Of a DNA stretch of 64,000 bases, positions 9,754 through 19,605 are shown piece after piece. Each line of letters opens with the position of its first letter. Within the stretch, counting starts at the first letter, position 1. The notes under the pieces are model-generated. The model was not told the origin of the DNA. It ran no database searches and worked only from the letters and a program-made list of their open reading frames with translations. A program made the translations under genes and the position numbers. Origin of the DNA: Candidatus Aldehydirespiratoraceae bacterium (GTDB taxonomy: Bacteria > Actinomycetota > Acidimicrobiia > Acidimicrobiales > Aldehydirespiratoraceae). The DNA is taken from contig OZ241886.1 in the NCBI GenBank assembly GCA_965203375.1, positions 1,347,947 through 1,411,946 on the forward strand. Reading direction: 5' to 3'.

Positions 9754-12723
9754 GTGGCACGAACTTCTGAGAGGGCTTTCAACGGCCTGTTGGCGCAGGC
9801 GCTGGATGGCAGGCATCCGCGCTGGGATGTGAACGCCGAGCAGACCGGGGTGGTGGCAGGCTCGCCGGGCAAGGTGCCTGACATGGTGGTCATGCCCACA
9901 GGCCCGGCCGGGGCGCCGGTGGTGATCGAAACAGAGTACTACCCGGCCCGGCAGGTGGAGAAAGAGGCCGAGTCCAGGCTCGGGCTGGGATTGGCCGGTT
10001 CGGTGCTGGCAGTGGAGCAGGCTGTGGCTGTGGTGGTCCCGGCTGGACTGCGCGACATCCAGCAGAGAGACTTGCCCGCCGCTATCGAAAGCGCCGAGTT
10101 CTGCTACCGGCTGGCTTCCCTGCGCCCGGGTGGTGGCGTGGAGTGGTTCCCGTCGTCGGGATGGCTCATCGGCGGGGTGGACGACCTAGCCGGGTTGTGT
10201 GAGCAGGTCACCGTCAGCGAACACGCGGTCCAGCAGGCTGCCGACGAGATGGAGCGCGCGGTGGACGCGGTCAGCCACGAACTATCCCGTGCTGTCGTGG
10301 ACGCTCCGGACGTGTTGGCGAACATGGCGGCGGCTTTGAAACTGGAACCGTCGAAGCAGACCACCCGGATAGGGGTGGCGATGCTGGCCAACGCCTTTCT
10401 GTTCCAGATGGCCATTGAGGGAGACACGCACCCTGACACGGGTTGGCGGATTCCCGGACCGGCCCCCGACAGCACACGGGCTCATGTGCTCGACACGTGG
10501 TACAAAATCCTCGGCATCAACTATTGGCCGATCTTCTGGACCGCCAGCAGCGTGTTGGAGCAGATACCGGAGGCGGCGGCGCAGAGCGCCGTGCTGCCGC
10601 AACTGGTCGACATCGCGAAGTCTCTGGCCCGGCACGGTGTCGCGGCCACCGCTGACATGGCCGGGCAGATATTCGGCAAGCTGATAGCAGACCGCAAGTT
10701 CTTGGCCACTTTCTACACCCGCCGGGAATCAGCCCGGCTGTTGGCTGAACTCGCCGTGGCTCGGATGCCGGTCGAGGACTGGTCAGACCGGGAGCGGGTC
10801 GAGTCGCTGAAGATCGCTGATTTGGCGTGCGGGACCGGGGCTCTGCTGTCCGCGGCCTACGACCGGGTCGCATCCAGGGCGCGCCGGGCCGGCTTGGACG
10901 ACGCGGAACTGCACCGGGCCATGATGGAGCAGGTGCTGGTCGGGGTGGACATCATGCCCGCCGCCGCCCATCTCACCTGCACGGCGCTGTCGGCGGCGCA
11001 CCCCAAGAAGCGATACTCCGAATCGGGGATACACCGAGCTCCCTACGGGCGCGTCAAGGACACCGCTCGCTATCCCCAGACAAAGAAGGGCGACAGCGGC
11101 AGCGGAACCCACATCGGCATCGGGTCGCTGGAACTGCTCAGAGACTCTTTCAAACAGACCAGTTGGCTGGATTCGGCCGAGATAAAGGTTCTGCCCGCCC
11201 ACAAAGACGATGACACCGAAACCATCATCCTCGCGCACCGGGCCGCGGATCTGGTGATCATGAACCCGCCGTTCACCCGGCCCACTAACCACGCAATCGC
11301 CGCGGGTGTTCCGGTTCCTTCCTTTGCGGGGCTGGGAAAGGACGACGACGAGCAGGGATTGATGGCGTCGCGTTTGAGACAATTGAGTTCACCAAACAGC
11401 GTCGGACGCGGCAATGCAGGGTTGGGTTCCTTCTTTCTTGATTTAGCCCATGTCAAAATCAAACGAGGGGGCACAATCGCATTCGTGCTACCGCTCACCG
11501 TGGTGTCAGGGGCGGGATGGGAAAAAGCAAGGCAACTATTGTCCCAAGATTACAAAGACATTTTAGTGGTGTCCATCGCCGACACTGGAGCGATGCGCAC
11601 AGCTTTCTCGGCGGATACCAGCATGGCGGAGGTATTGATAATAGCCACACGGCGTCGGCTGGGCGAAACCGTGGAAAGCGACGACCTCTGGGTCGTGCTG
11701 AACAACCGTCCAGCCAATCCGGTAGAAGCGGTTGAAACCGCCCGCCGGATCACCTCTCTCAACCGACACGACCAAGACATCGGCCCATTGAACATGGGAG
11801 ATGCCCAGTCGGGAAGTTTCAGCCGCACGAGTTTCTCCGAAGGCTCTGGATTCGCGGTGCTGCAAAACTTCAACTTAGCGATCTGCGGCAAAGCCATGGC
11901 CGCCGGCAAACTCTGGCTGCCGCGCTTGCACGATGTACCCGGGGTAGCTCTGGTGCCTTTACAGAAATTAGGAGACCGCGGCCCGGTTCACCGCGATATC
12001 AACGGGTACACAGGCAAGCCGCGGGATTCATCCCCACGCGGCCCGTTCAACGTCGAAAAAACAACCGCATGGAAAGTGTCCGAGTATCCGATGCTGTGGG
12101 CGCACAACGCCCGACGCGAAAGCCGCCTCGTTGTTGAACCTGACACGCAAGGCAATATCCGAACCGGCATGGAGGCCAAGGCCGAGAAGATCTGGGCTAC
12201 CAAATCGCGTCTCCACTGCACCCTCGACTTCACTCTAAGTTCTCAGCCTCTCGCGGTGTGCTTAACCCCGGTTCCTTGTATCGGCGGCAGGGCATGGCCC
12301 AGTTTCGCCTTGAACAAGTCTGAATGGGAGTCCGTCGTCTTATTGTGGGCCAACACCACAATGGGGCTTGTAGCGTTCTGGTGGGTTGCCTCCCGACAGC
12401 AGCAAGGTCGTGCGATACTGACTGTCACCCGGCTCCCAGAACTCCCAGTCCTCGACCCTCGGGAGTTGGCCCCGGAGCAACTGACCGCCGCAAAAACGAT
12501 TTTTGACAGGTTCAAGAGTGAAGAGTTCCTGCCAGCCAATGAGGCTTATCACGACCCGACTCGCATAGCCTTAGACGAAGCGGTCTTGATCGAGATGCTC
12601 GGGCTGCACGACACCGCCGGAACCAACGCGGACGAGGTCATGGAGTCGCTGACAGTGTTGCGCGAGCAATGGTGTCGAGAGCAGTCAGTCCACGGTGGCA
12701 AGAATACCCGGCCACAGCCGTAG
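9754..12723 (+). CDS. large N6-type (NPPF) SAM-dependent DNA methyltransferase
   Basis: Motif I IADLACGTGALLSAA and motif IV DLVIMNPPFTRP, arranged as in Eco57I/PglX/DrmMI-like gamma-class methyltransferases. Long C-terminal region could be target recognition. GGGGAG lies upstream of GTG 9754. The gene sits on an intermediate-G+C block. Confidence 0.85.
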   Translation: MARTSERAFNGLLAQALDGRHPRWDVNAEQTGVVAGSPGKVPDMVVMPTGPAGAPVVIETEYYPARQVEKEAESRLGLGLAGSVLAVEQAVAVVVPAGLRDIQQRDLPAAIESAEFCYRLASLRPGGGVEWFPSSGWLIGGVDDLAGLCEQVTVSEHAVQQAADEMERAVDAVSHELSRAVVDAPDVLANMAAALKLEPSKQTTRIGVAMLANAFLFQMAIEGDTHPDTGWRIPGPAPDSTRAHVLDTWYKILGINYWPIFWTASSVLEQIPEAAAQSAVLPQLVDIAKSLARHGVAATADMAGQIFGKLIADRKFLATFYTRRESARLLAELAVARMPVEDWSDRERVESLKIADLACGTGALLSAAYDRVASRARRAGLDDAELHRAMMEQVLVGVDIMPAAAHLTCTALSAAHPKKRYSESGIHRAPYGRVKDTARYPQTKKGDSGSGTHIGIGSLELLRDSFKQTSWLDSAEIKVLPAHKDDDTETIILAHRAADLVIMNPPFTRPTNHAIAAGVPVPSFAGLGKDDDEQGLMASRLRQLSSPNSVGRGNAGLGSFFLDLAHVKIKRGGTIAFVLPLTVVSGAGWEKARQLLSQDYKDILVVSIADTGAMRTAFSADTSMAEVLIIATRRRLGETVESDDLWVVLNNRPANPVEAVETARRITSLNRHDQDIGPLNMGDAQSGSFSRTSFSEGSGFAVLQNFNLAICGKAMAAGKLWLPRLHDVPGVALVPLQKLGDRGPVHRDINGYTGKPRDSSPRGPFNVEKTTAWKVSEYPMLWAHNARRESRLVVEPDTQGNIRTGMEAKAEKIWATKSRLHCTLDFTLSSQPLAVCLTPVPCIGGRAWPSFALNKSEWESVVLLWANTTMGLVAFWWVASRQQQGRAILTVTRLPELPVLDPRELAPEQLTAAKTIFDRFKSEEFLPANEAYHDPTRIALDEAVLIEMLGLHDTAGTNADEVMESLTVLREQWCREQSVHGGKNTRPQP

Positions 12724-12740
12724 CCTGCCGCTTCGCCCCT

Positions 12741-12764
12741 CGGTCGGGTTGAACACCCCGACCG
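12741..12764. terminator. hairpin in convergent intergenic region
   Basis: CGGTCGGG (12741-12748) / CCCGACCG (12757-12764), 8-bp perfect stem with 8-nt loop, between the convergent methyltransferase and nuclease genes. No U-tract. Confidence 0.35.
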
Positions 12765-12839
12765 ATCAGAAGTCAAGTAGAACTAAGCTAGGGCCTGTCG
12801 CCCGGTTGTGTAAAACTTAGCGACCTTGATCCAGCAAAG

Positions 12840-14069
12840 TTAACTACCATAAGGCTGTCGTTCGACATATACCTCAGAAGTGGCGACAAGAGAAGCGATG
12901 CTCGGAGTGGAGTCAGAGCCGGGGCTCACAACCGCGGCGAGAATGCGTAGCCATGTACCCGACTCATACTGCGCCGTTTCATCAGAGACACGGAGAAGCA
13001 CGTCATCGCCGTTAGCTAGATGAAGTCTCCAACTCTTCGGTCCGCTCTGTTCGACTACCTGGCCGCGCAAGTCCAAAAACCCTTCAGTGGACGCCTCCAT
13101 TGCGAACGAGTGCCAGTACGGGTCACACAGATGTCTGACTGGGCAGAAACGACACTTCTCTTCGCTTGGACTTGCCTGAGGAGGTTCTTCAGCTAGCCGG
13201 CTGGACAGATCTTTGATTCGTGCAACGGTCTGAATCTCAAGATCATCAAGTTCATCAGCATCGGGTATGTCGACCTCTACATCCTCATTAGGATAAGATA
13301 CCGTGAGACGGGTAGCATAAGGGCGAGACGGGTCAAGATTATCGTGGCGTGACCAGATTAGAGCGTATATGCGAAGCTGTTCGGAATAGTTATCCGAGGA
13401 TGCACCAGTCTTGTAATCTACTATATGGACGTCTCGACCACTAATCGTCACGAGGTCTGCCCGGCCATTCATCTGAAGCCTAGTAGATCGTAGTGGCATC
13501 TCAGGATAGGAGCCGTCGATCAAATGTAAGCGCGTAGTTGTCTGCGATTCCGATCGGTAACCCTTCTTTCTGGAGTATAAGCGATCTACATCTGTAGAAA
13601 TGATCGATCGATAGAGGAGTGACTGTATCGTCTGGCGCATTTCAGCACTCCGAAGGGTAAGCCCCTGCCTGAGATATTCGAGCCGGTTGTGGCATCTCGG
13701 ATTCTTCTTTAACTGTTCAATCTTCTCGTCGGTTACTCTCAGAATGATGGCGCTATAGCCACCTAGTGAACGAAGAACTGCAACCGCCTCAGGAGCTTGG
13801 GTGCTGGTGCAACCGCTATCAATGAGCGCTCGAATAATGATCTCTAGACTCTCATGAACTACTGTTCCAGTCAACGCCGCAACGTTAGGTGAATCTGGAT
13901 ACCCATTCTCTTCCCAAAGATCTGGGTACATGGCCCTCCTTAGGCTCCACCGCAGGGGGCAGGTCTCAGCCTCTAAGATGCCCGAAAAACTGAACCACTG
14001 AGGAGGTTCAGGCCAAAATCCCTTGATACCGTTTATGGCAAGGTCGATACTGCGGCTAGTTCTTGACAC
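12840..14069 (-). CDS. PD-(D/E)XK nuclease, Cas4/RecB(AddB)-like with Cys cluster
   Basis: Nuclease core GRADLVTISGRDVHIVDYKTG...QLRIYALIW (D...D/E-x-K...QxxxY). One N-terminal Cys (ETCPLRW) plus C-terminal CRFCPVRHLC give the Cas4/AddB-type 4-Cys pattern. GTG 14069 overlaps the helicase stop by 14 nt; the alternative TTG 14126 would overlap by 71 nt. Confidence 0.8.
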   Translation of the reverse strand: MSRTSRSIDLAINGIKGFWPEPPQWFSFSGILEAETCPLRWSLRRAMYPDLWEENGYPDSPNVAALTGTVVHESLEIIIRALIDSGCTSTQAPEAVAVLRSLGGYSAIILRVTDEKIEQLKKNPRCHNRLEYLRQGLTLRSAEMRQTIQSLLYRSIISTDVDRLYSRKKGYRSESQTTTRLHLIDGSYPEMPLRSTRLQMNGRADLVTISGRDVHIVDYKTGASSDNYSEQLRIYALIWSRHDNLDPSRPYATRLTVSYPNEDVEVDIPDADELDDLEIQTVARIKDLSSRLAEEPPQASPSEEKCRFCPVRHLCDPYWHSFAMEASTEGFLDLRGQVVEQSGPKSWRLHLANGDDVLLRVSDETAQYESGTWLRILAAVVSPGSDSTPSIASLVATSEVYVERQPYGS

Positions 14070-17000
14070 GTCGGATGATTTGGAGGCTGGCAGCCGGGAG
14101 GTTCTGACTGATGAGGATGTCGTCAACTAGTTCAACTGGTGTGCTGACACTGAATTCTTTAGCATCCCGCAAAATAGGGTCAGGAGGATAGTCAGGCGTC
14201 AGTGGACCGTGAGTGCCGATGATGAGGACACCGTCTTCTGTGATGGCTGCGATTGGAGCGATGACTTCGCCGACGCCTTGAATCTCGATCGGCATGCTCC
14301 GCCGGAATTCAACTGCTTCAAGACTATGGCGGGTAAGGTCTTCAAACAGTCGATCTGTCGACCGTTCAATTCTTGCTGAATCAAGGACTGGTTCTCTATT
14401 ATGAAGGAGGTACTGGAGAAGGCTTGCACCAACAAAACGATCCAAATATTGATGTTCGAATCGATTCTTGAAGCTGCGCAGGCACCGGTAACAACTCTTG
14501 TCGCAGTTCGCCGGGCAGTTTTTTAGTAGGTCGAGGGCACTTTGAAGAATCGGCAGACCATGACGACCGACTTCTTGGGCGAAGCCCGCTCCGCCTGGTA
14601 ATGTATCGTACAAATAAATCTCAGCCTCAAAACCGCTCTTTCCCAGATCAGTCAAAGCAGGGCGATACTCCGCTTGAAGTTCGCCGACTTCGATTTCAAG
14701 TTGTCTTGTGGCGCAAATGGTTATCGCTTCGGAAACTGTGCGCATCGCGACGGTGGTTGACAAGAATTCAGGCCGAAGAGTCAAAGGTTCATCTACACGT
14801 AAAGAGATTAGCAGAACGTCAGACACGAAGTCAGTGCCAAGCACCAAGCCCCGCGTGCCTCTACCTCCCGGACACTCTGGCTCTTTCTGGTCGGGGAAAG
14901 GTTTGGTATGCGTTGAGTGAATGTTCCCTGAAGAGATAGCAGTCTGCTCAATTAGGCCGCATCTAGTACAGTATGTGTATCCTTCTTGGTTGGGGCCAGT
15001 ATTGGTGACTATTAAGAAAGTTCTCTGATAGAACTGCCGAATTCGTGGAGTTAATGACTGCCAACTTGTTGATTCTACTGGGAACGGCGTAACTAATTTA
15101 GCGCGAGTTGCATAGCTTCGTGTCGGTTGGTCATCCGGTGATGTTCCCTCAGACTTTGTGTATGGATGTGCAAACCCCGGAGGTCGTATCCAATTACGTG
15201 CCTTCCCAAACTTAGCTTCCGCGCCACATGCGGGACAATCGCGCATTTCGTCTAGTTCAGCATCTGATGGTGACTCAGTTTTTGCATAGTGACAAATGGA
15301 ACACTCAAAGTACAAGCGACGGTCGGCCCACGCGGTCTGCCGGTCGGATCGCATCGGCGAGTAAAGGGCCCCAGAGGTCCATAGCTTCCCATCGATCCAG
15401 ACTTCTTTTCCTGGCGCGTACTGTGAAAGAGCGATCGGCAGCCCCTGACTCGGGGCGTATTGGAACTCCGGCCTGTAATTGGTAGAACTGTCTACATCGA
15501 ACACGTGGAATGAGACTACGTCTGTAGGGAAAGCATATCGAGGCAGCACGCCCTTGTAAAGTAATCTATCGAGTAGGTTCTCTCTTGCTCTCCGTGGGTT
15601 ACTCCTCTCTTCTCCCGTTTCTGCTGGCAATTCAGGTGTATGATCATCACCTTCAACATCACTGTGATATGATACTAGCTGTGATCGTGACTCTGATGTC
15701 GCTGCGTTATCAGACAGATGTTGGTCAAGAGCCCATTCGAGCTTCTGGACCGTGTGACTAGCGAAATTATCAAGAATAGTCGTCCGGTCCTCATCAGATA
15801 GTTGATGTGGCAGCCACGAATCTAGCTCTGATCTAAGATGTCGGGTTTCCTCAGTAAGCCACTTCCGAAAGTCCTTTAGGTTTAATGGCGAGGAAACCTG
15901 CAAGAAGTCATCAACCTTGCCAAGAACTTCGAAAAGCTGTGGTTGAGACTCAGGTTCGATTGTTGGAAGGCGAGCCGAATGGTATCGATGTAGTAGAAAT
16001 GCTGTAACGTGGCGACGAGCTATCTCGATATTGTCTAAGGACAGAATAGGATCGTGGACACTGCCTCGAATCATAGAATCCGGTTCACGAAAGTAATATT
16101 CATCGTGGCTGTCAGCACTACCAAATGCGGTGACCGTAGCAGTAGCCTTACCACGGCGGCCTGCTCGGCCAGAACGCTGTTGGTAACTCGCTCGAGATGG
16201 GGGCATGTTTCGTAGCGCCACTCCCGACAATGATCCGATATCGATCCCTACTTCCATTGTCGTGGTGCATGATAAGACATCAACAGCGGAGCGACCCGGT
16301 TGGTCCGTCGCACCTGAGAAGTCAATGTCCTGGAAGAGTAGTTCGTGCTCCTCAGCTTTAGAGAAGACGGCATCTCCGTGTGCATCCCCCAGTTGCGCAG
16401 TGTGTTCGGCGGCGACAATGACGGTTGGTGGCTTAGGATCATGTGCGAGAGCGCGGACTGTGCTCTGCCGGTAATAGCCTTTACGTGCTCGGAATACCGA
16501 ATCCTTTTCAGGATCGATCTCTTCAACATCGTTTCTAAAGCAGGCAACGCATCTAGACTCTCCAGGGAAGGGACGCTGTGTGGTCTTGCAGGTACGACAA
16601 TAGGCCCAAGCATCTTCGGTATTGAGCGTTAGTCGTGAAGCCCTCATTCTAAATGTGCCACCGTGAGGCTCGCAGAGATGCTTCAGCAAGATAGGTATCC
16701 ACAGCTTCTCAAAGTTCTTGCCTATCTCACTATCTTCAAACCACTTTGCCATGCGCCTAAATTTGCCCTTGTGTCCCCTAACCTCTGTCATCCACCACGA
16801 GGCGGGCATTTTAGGAAACCATATACCAGGGGCAGTCCAATGACTAATCCAAAGTCGGACAAGAGCGAGCCGTTGTTCTTCTGAATCGAACGAAGGGAGA
16901 GACGGTAGTCCATCAAGAAGCTTATCGCGGTCGCGGTCACGTTCCGCCAAAGAACCGAGAGCCAGAGATTGAAGGCCGGTCCATTTGTCGCTGAGAGTTG

Positions 17001-19605
17001 TGACAATTCCTCGGAGGAGTGAGATAGGAACTGATGCCGACTTTGCTCCATCAAACAGGTCTTCGATTTCAGCCGGATCGCCTAAGCCACCAGTGCGTGC
17101 CAGAGTCTCGATATCGCGCTGCAACTGCATGGATTCTCCGGCCTTCAATTCGGGTCTAAGCCGAATGTCGCTTATGCGCGCTCCAAGCATCACAGCAAGA
17201 TAGAGATCTTCGAGGCTAAGGCGATGGCTAATTGACTGGTGCCGTCGGAGTTCTCGAAAGCCAAGCAACATGAGAGGACGCAGCACGTCGCGCATAGCGT
17301 AGGTTTGGAGATTAGGTGCAAGCCGTGCAGCCACCTGCCGCGAGTCAGAGAACGTCAACACCTTTCTACCTCGGAGAGGGGCAAACTCGGTGGCTGCTTG
17401 GGATCCGGGAGGCTGAACTTCAAGCTGACGGGTAACGACAGCCTGGAATGGCATATCGCCTTTCGTTTGGTGATCTTGAACTGACGATCGGCCGTACCCA
17501 GCCTGCTGGTCGCAAATTCCGCACGGACGGAATTCTCCACCTAGACGATCGGATTCATCCGTCCCTTCTTCGTCACCTTCAACTATGCCGCCTTTGCGAT
17601 CTTTGGGGAGGAAAACGATTCTTTTTCTGTCCCCCAACTCGTCTGGATTTAAGCGACCAGTAATTAGATCTAATTCAAAACGCTCGGTCATGTTTGGCAT
17701 CGGTCTTTCCAGACAAATGTCCAGTAGATTGAGTTGGAAGACTTCGCTTGCCGTTGACTTGAATTGTTCGCCCGGTTCCGGCCACAGGAAAGTCGGCTCC
17801 TGCAGGTCGTCGGTATAACCCCTTGCATATGCCGCACCACAATGCCTGCATGTATACAGCTCAAGCACTCGCGCCCCACAAATGCAACTGTCGCGTGGTT
17901 GTGAGTACAGTTTCCCTATCGGTCCTTGTCCATCGACCTCTGGGCAGTCTGAATCAAGGCAGGCCCATAATCCTGGCAGACCTCGGAGAAATGTATGGAT
18001 ACGACAAGGTAGTAATCCTGGATCTTCTGGAGCAGGCCGCGCGAGGCAGCCAATTGTGATCAGAGCAGTCAGTGCTTTATCTGCCCTTTCACCGCGAGTG
18101 CCGAATACATCTTGAGCCAGTTCAGTTAGGGGGCGCGCTTCTTTCATCGTCGTGTTGATAAGCCGGCCCATCGGTGGGTATGATTCGAAGGCCTGAAATA
18201 GGAGTTGTTCGAGATTGCCATTGTCGCCTATGTTTCGCCAACGAAGGAAACCCGATACAGCTTGCCGACGAATGACACTATCCGTCGAGTGTAGATCATC
18301 TAAGGAGATATCGTTAAGGTGATTGATATCTTCGTCAGAACCAAGAGCGTCATGTGTATGCAGAGCAAGCTTTCCATCAATCATGTCGAAGTCTGACAAA
18401 GACTTTCCTGATAATGCTGCGGCGAAGGTTTGGGCTGCGGCTTGATCGTTGAAACTTGCACTCGTGCAAATTACCTGCATACGATCGGCCTGGAGTCCGA
18501 GTCGTGCTCGTAGTCTTCGGATGAGCAGGGCGACTTCGGCACCAGCCGCGCCGCGATAGAGATGCGCCTCGTCTATAACCAGTAGAAGGCGTTGTCCGGG
18601 GTTATACTCTAGCCATGTTTTTGTCGCTTCAAAAATTGGTCTCTCCAAGGGACGCATGAGCATGTATTCGAGCATCGAGTAGTTAGTCACTAGTACATCT
18701 GGCGGTGCCGTTATGACCTCATGTCTAGTGAACAACTCAGCATCGTCGGGGCAGGTCACCGCCCGTACGAACTCGCCATCTCTTAGCCAATGACTGCCAC
18801 TGCGTCCAAACCACTCGCGTAAGTCGGCCTTGGCAGGCCACTTACCTCGCTCCTGAAGGCTGCTGATTAATTTCTGAGCACTCTCGGCGGACTCTCCTGC
18901 TCCGTCTGCTTGATCAAGAAGATCTATGTAGAAGTTTTTGATTGGCTGAAGTCTCGCACTGTCCTTCTTGCTGGTTCGGACTCCAGGGTAGAGCGTTCGA
19001 CTTGTGTATCTTGCAAATCGGGCAGGTCTGCCGGACCATTGCTTGAATCGTCCTGCTACGCCTTCGTTGCCGAAGATGAGTCGGAGTCTTCCTAGTTGGT
19101 CGTTAACTAGTGCGTTCATAGGATATAGGACAAGTGCGCGTGTGGCAGGAATGCTGAACGAATCAGGCTTTTCTCGTGCTTCGATCGCGAGCTTAGCTAA
19201 GATAGGGAGTAGAAAAGCCTCCGTCTTGCCTGATCCTGTTCCGGTTGTAACTACAAGACTTCGGTTATTGTTAACAGTATTAGCTATCGCTCTTGCTTGA
19301 TGATCGTACGGAGGATCGTGAAGTAGTCCGAGACCCCCATTGCTCTTGGAACGTGACATCAACAGTAAGAGTTCGTGGGCAGCTTGCGGCAGATTCAACG
19401 AACCGAAGCTTGGGCCAGAGATGTAACGAGGTGTAGACTCAAGGTAGGGCTGCTGAGAAATCACTCCATGCTCGTCAAGTAATAGTCTGCGTTGTTCGAC
19501 TATTCGCGGATCACTAATGTGATAGGTAGCTTCAATGTAGTCGCGTAGTGCGATCTTGATCTCGTTGATCGTCTGGCCAATCGTAGGGTGCGTGTGTTCA
19601 GCCAC
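14056..19605 (-). CDS. giant DEAH-box helicase with C-terminal DUF1998 (MrfA-type Zn-binding) domain, DruE-like
   Basis: Helicase motifs: I TTGTGSGKTEAF, Ib LYPMNALVNDQ, II VIDEAHLY, III CTSAS, VI QRSGRAGRRG. C-terminal CPANCDKSCYRCLRSFKNRFEH is the DUF1998 Cys4 signature. Several inserted CxxC...CxxC ribbons. At 1849 aa it is the size of DruE. Confidence 0.85.
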   Translation of the reverse strand: MAEHTHPTIGQTINEIKIALRDYIEATYHISDPRIVEQRRLLLDEHGVISQQPYLESTPRYISGPSFGSLNLPQAAHELLLLMSRSKSNGGLGLLHDPPYDHQARAIANTVNNNRSLVVTTGTGSGKTEAFLLPILAKLAIEAREKPDSFSIPATRALVLYPMNALVNDQLGRLRLIFGNEGVAGRFKQWSGRPARFARYTSRTLYPGVRTSKKDSARLQPIKNFYIDLLDQADGAGESAESAQKLISSLQERGKWPAKADLREWFGRSGSHWLRDGEFVRAVTCPDDAELFTRHEVITAPPDVLVTNYSMLEYMLMRPLERPIFEATKTWLEYNPGQRLLLVIDEAHLYRGAAGAEVALLIRRLRARLGLQADRMQVICTSASFNDQAAAQTFAAALSGKSLSDFDMIDGKLALHTHDALGSDEDINHLNDISLDDLHSTDSVIRRQAVSGFLRWRNIGDNGNLEQLLFQAFESYPPMGRLINTTMKEARPLTELAQDVFGTRGERADKALTALITIGCLARPAPEDPGLLPCRIHTFLRGLPGLWACLDSDCPEVDGQGPIGKLYSQPRDSCICGARVLELYTCRHCGAAYARGYTDDLQEPTFLWPEPGEQFKSTASEVFQLNLLDICLERPMPNMTERFELDLITGRLNPDELGDRKRIVFLPKDRKGGIVEGDEEGTDESDRLGGEFRPCGICDQQAGYGRSSVQDHQTKGDMPFQAVVTRQLEVQPPGSQAATEFAPLRGRKVLTFSDSRQVAARLAPNLQTYAMRDVLRPLMLLGFRELRRHQSISHRLSLEDLYLAVMLGARISDIRLRPELKAGESMQLQRDIETLARTGGLGDPAEIEDLFDGAKSASVPISLLRGIVTTLSDKWTGLQSLALGSLAERDRDRDKLLDGLPSLPSFDSEEQRLALVRLWISHWTAPGIWFPKMPASWWMTEVRGHKGKFRRMAKWFEDSEIGKNFEKLWIPILLKHLCEPHGGTFRMRASRLTLNTEDAWAYCRTCKTTQRPFPGESRCVACFRNDVEEIDPEKDSVFRARKGYYRQSTVRALAHDPKPPTVIVAAEHTAQLGDAHGDAVFSKAEEHELLFQDIDFSGATDQPGRSAVDVLSCTTTMEVGIDIGSLSGVALRNMPPSRASYQQRSGRAGRRGKATATVTAFGSADSHDEYYFREPDSMIRGSVHDPILSLDNIEIARRHVTAFLLHRYHSARLPTIEPESQPQLFEVLGKVDDFLQVSSPLNLKDFRKWLTEETRHLRSELDSWLPHQLSDEDRTTILDNFASHTVQKLEWALDQHLSDNAATSESRSQLVSYHSDVEGDDHTPELPAETGEERSNPRRARENLLDRLLYKGVLPRYAFPTDVVSFHVFDVDSSTNYRPEFQYAPSQGLPIALSQYAPGKEVWIDGKLWTSGALYSPMRSDRQTAWADRRLYFECSICHYAKTESPSDAELDEMRDCPACGAEAKFGKARNWIRPPGFAHPYTKSEGTSPDDQPTRSYATRAKLVTPFPVESTSWQSLTPRIRQFYQRTFLIVTNTGPNQEGYTYCTRCGLIEQTAISSGNIHSTHTKPFPDQKEPECPGGRGTRGLVLGTDFVSDVLLISLRVDEPLTLRPEFLSTTVAMRTVSEAITICATRQLEIEVGELQAEYRPALTDLGKSGFEAEIYLYDTLPGGAGFAQEVGRHGLPILQSALDLLKNCPANCDKSCYRCLRSFKNRFEHQYLDRFVGASLLQYLLHNREPVLDSARIERSTDRLFEDLTRHSLEAVEFRRSMPIEIQGVGEVIAPIAAITEDGVLIIGTHGPLTPDYPPDPILRDAKEFSVSTPVELVDDILISQNLPAASLQIIRRVKN

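Noticed and set aside
9754-10000. N-terminal PD-(D/E)XK-like nuclease motif in the methyltransferase (VPDMVV ... VVIETEYY).
   Set aside because: The canonical Lys of (D/E)xK is missing (ETE), and the match is short. It is kept only as a question inside the methyltransferase finding, not as a feature.
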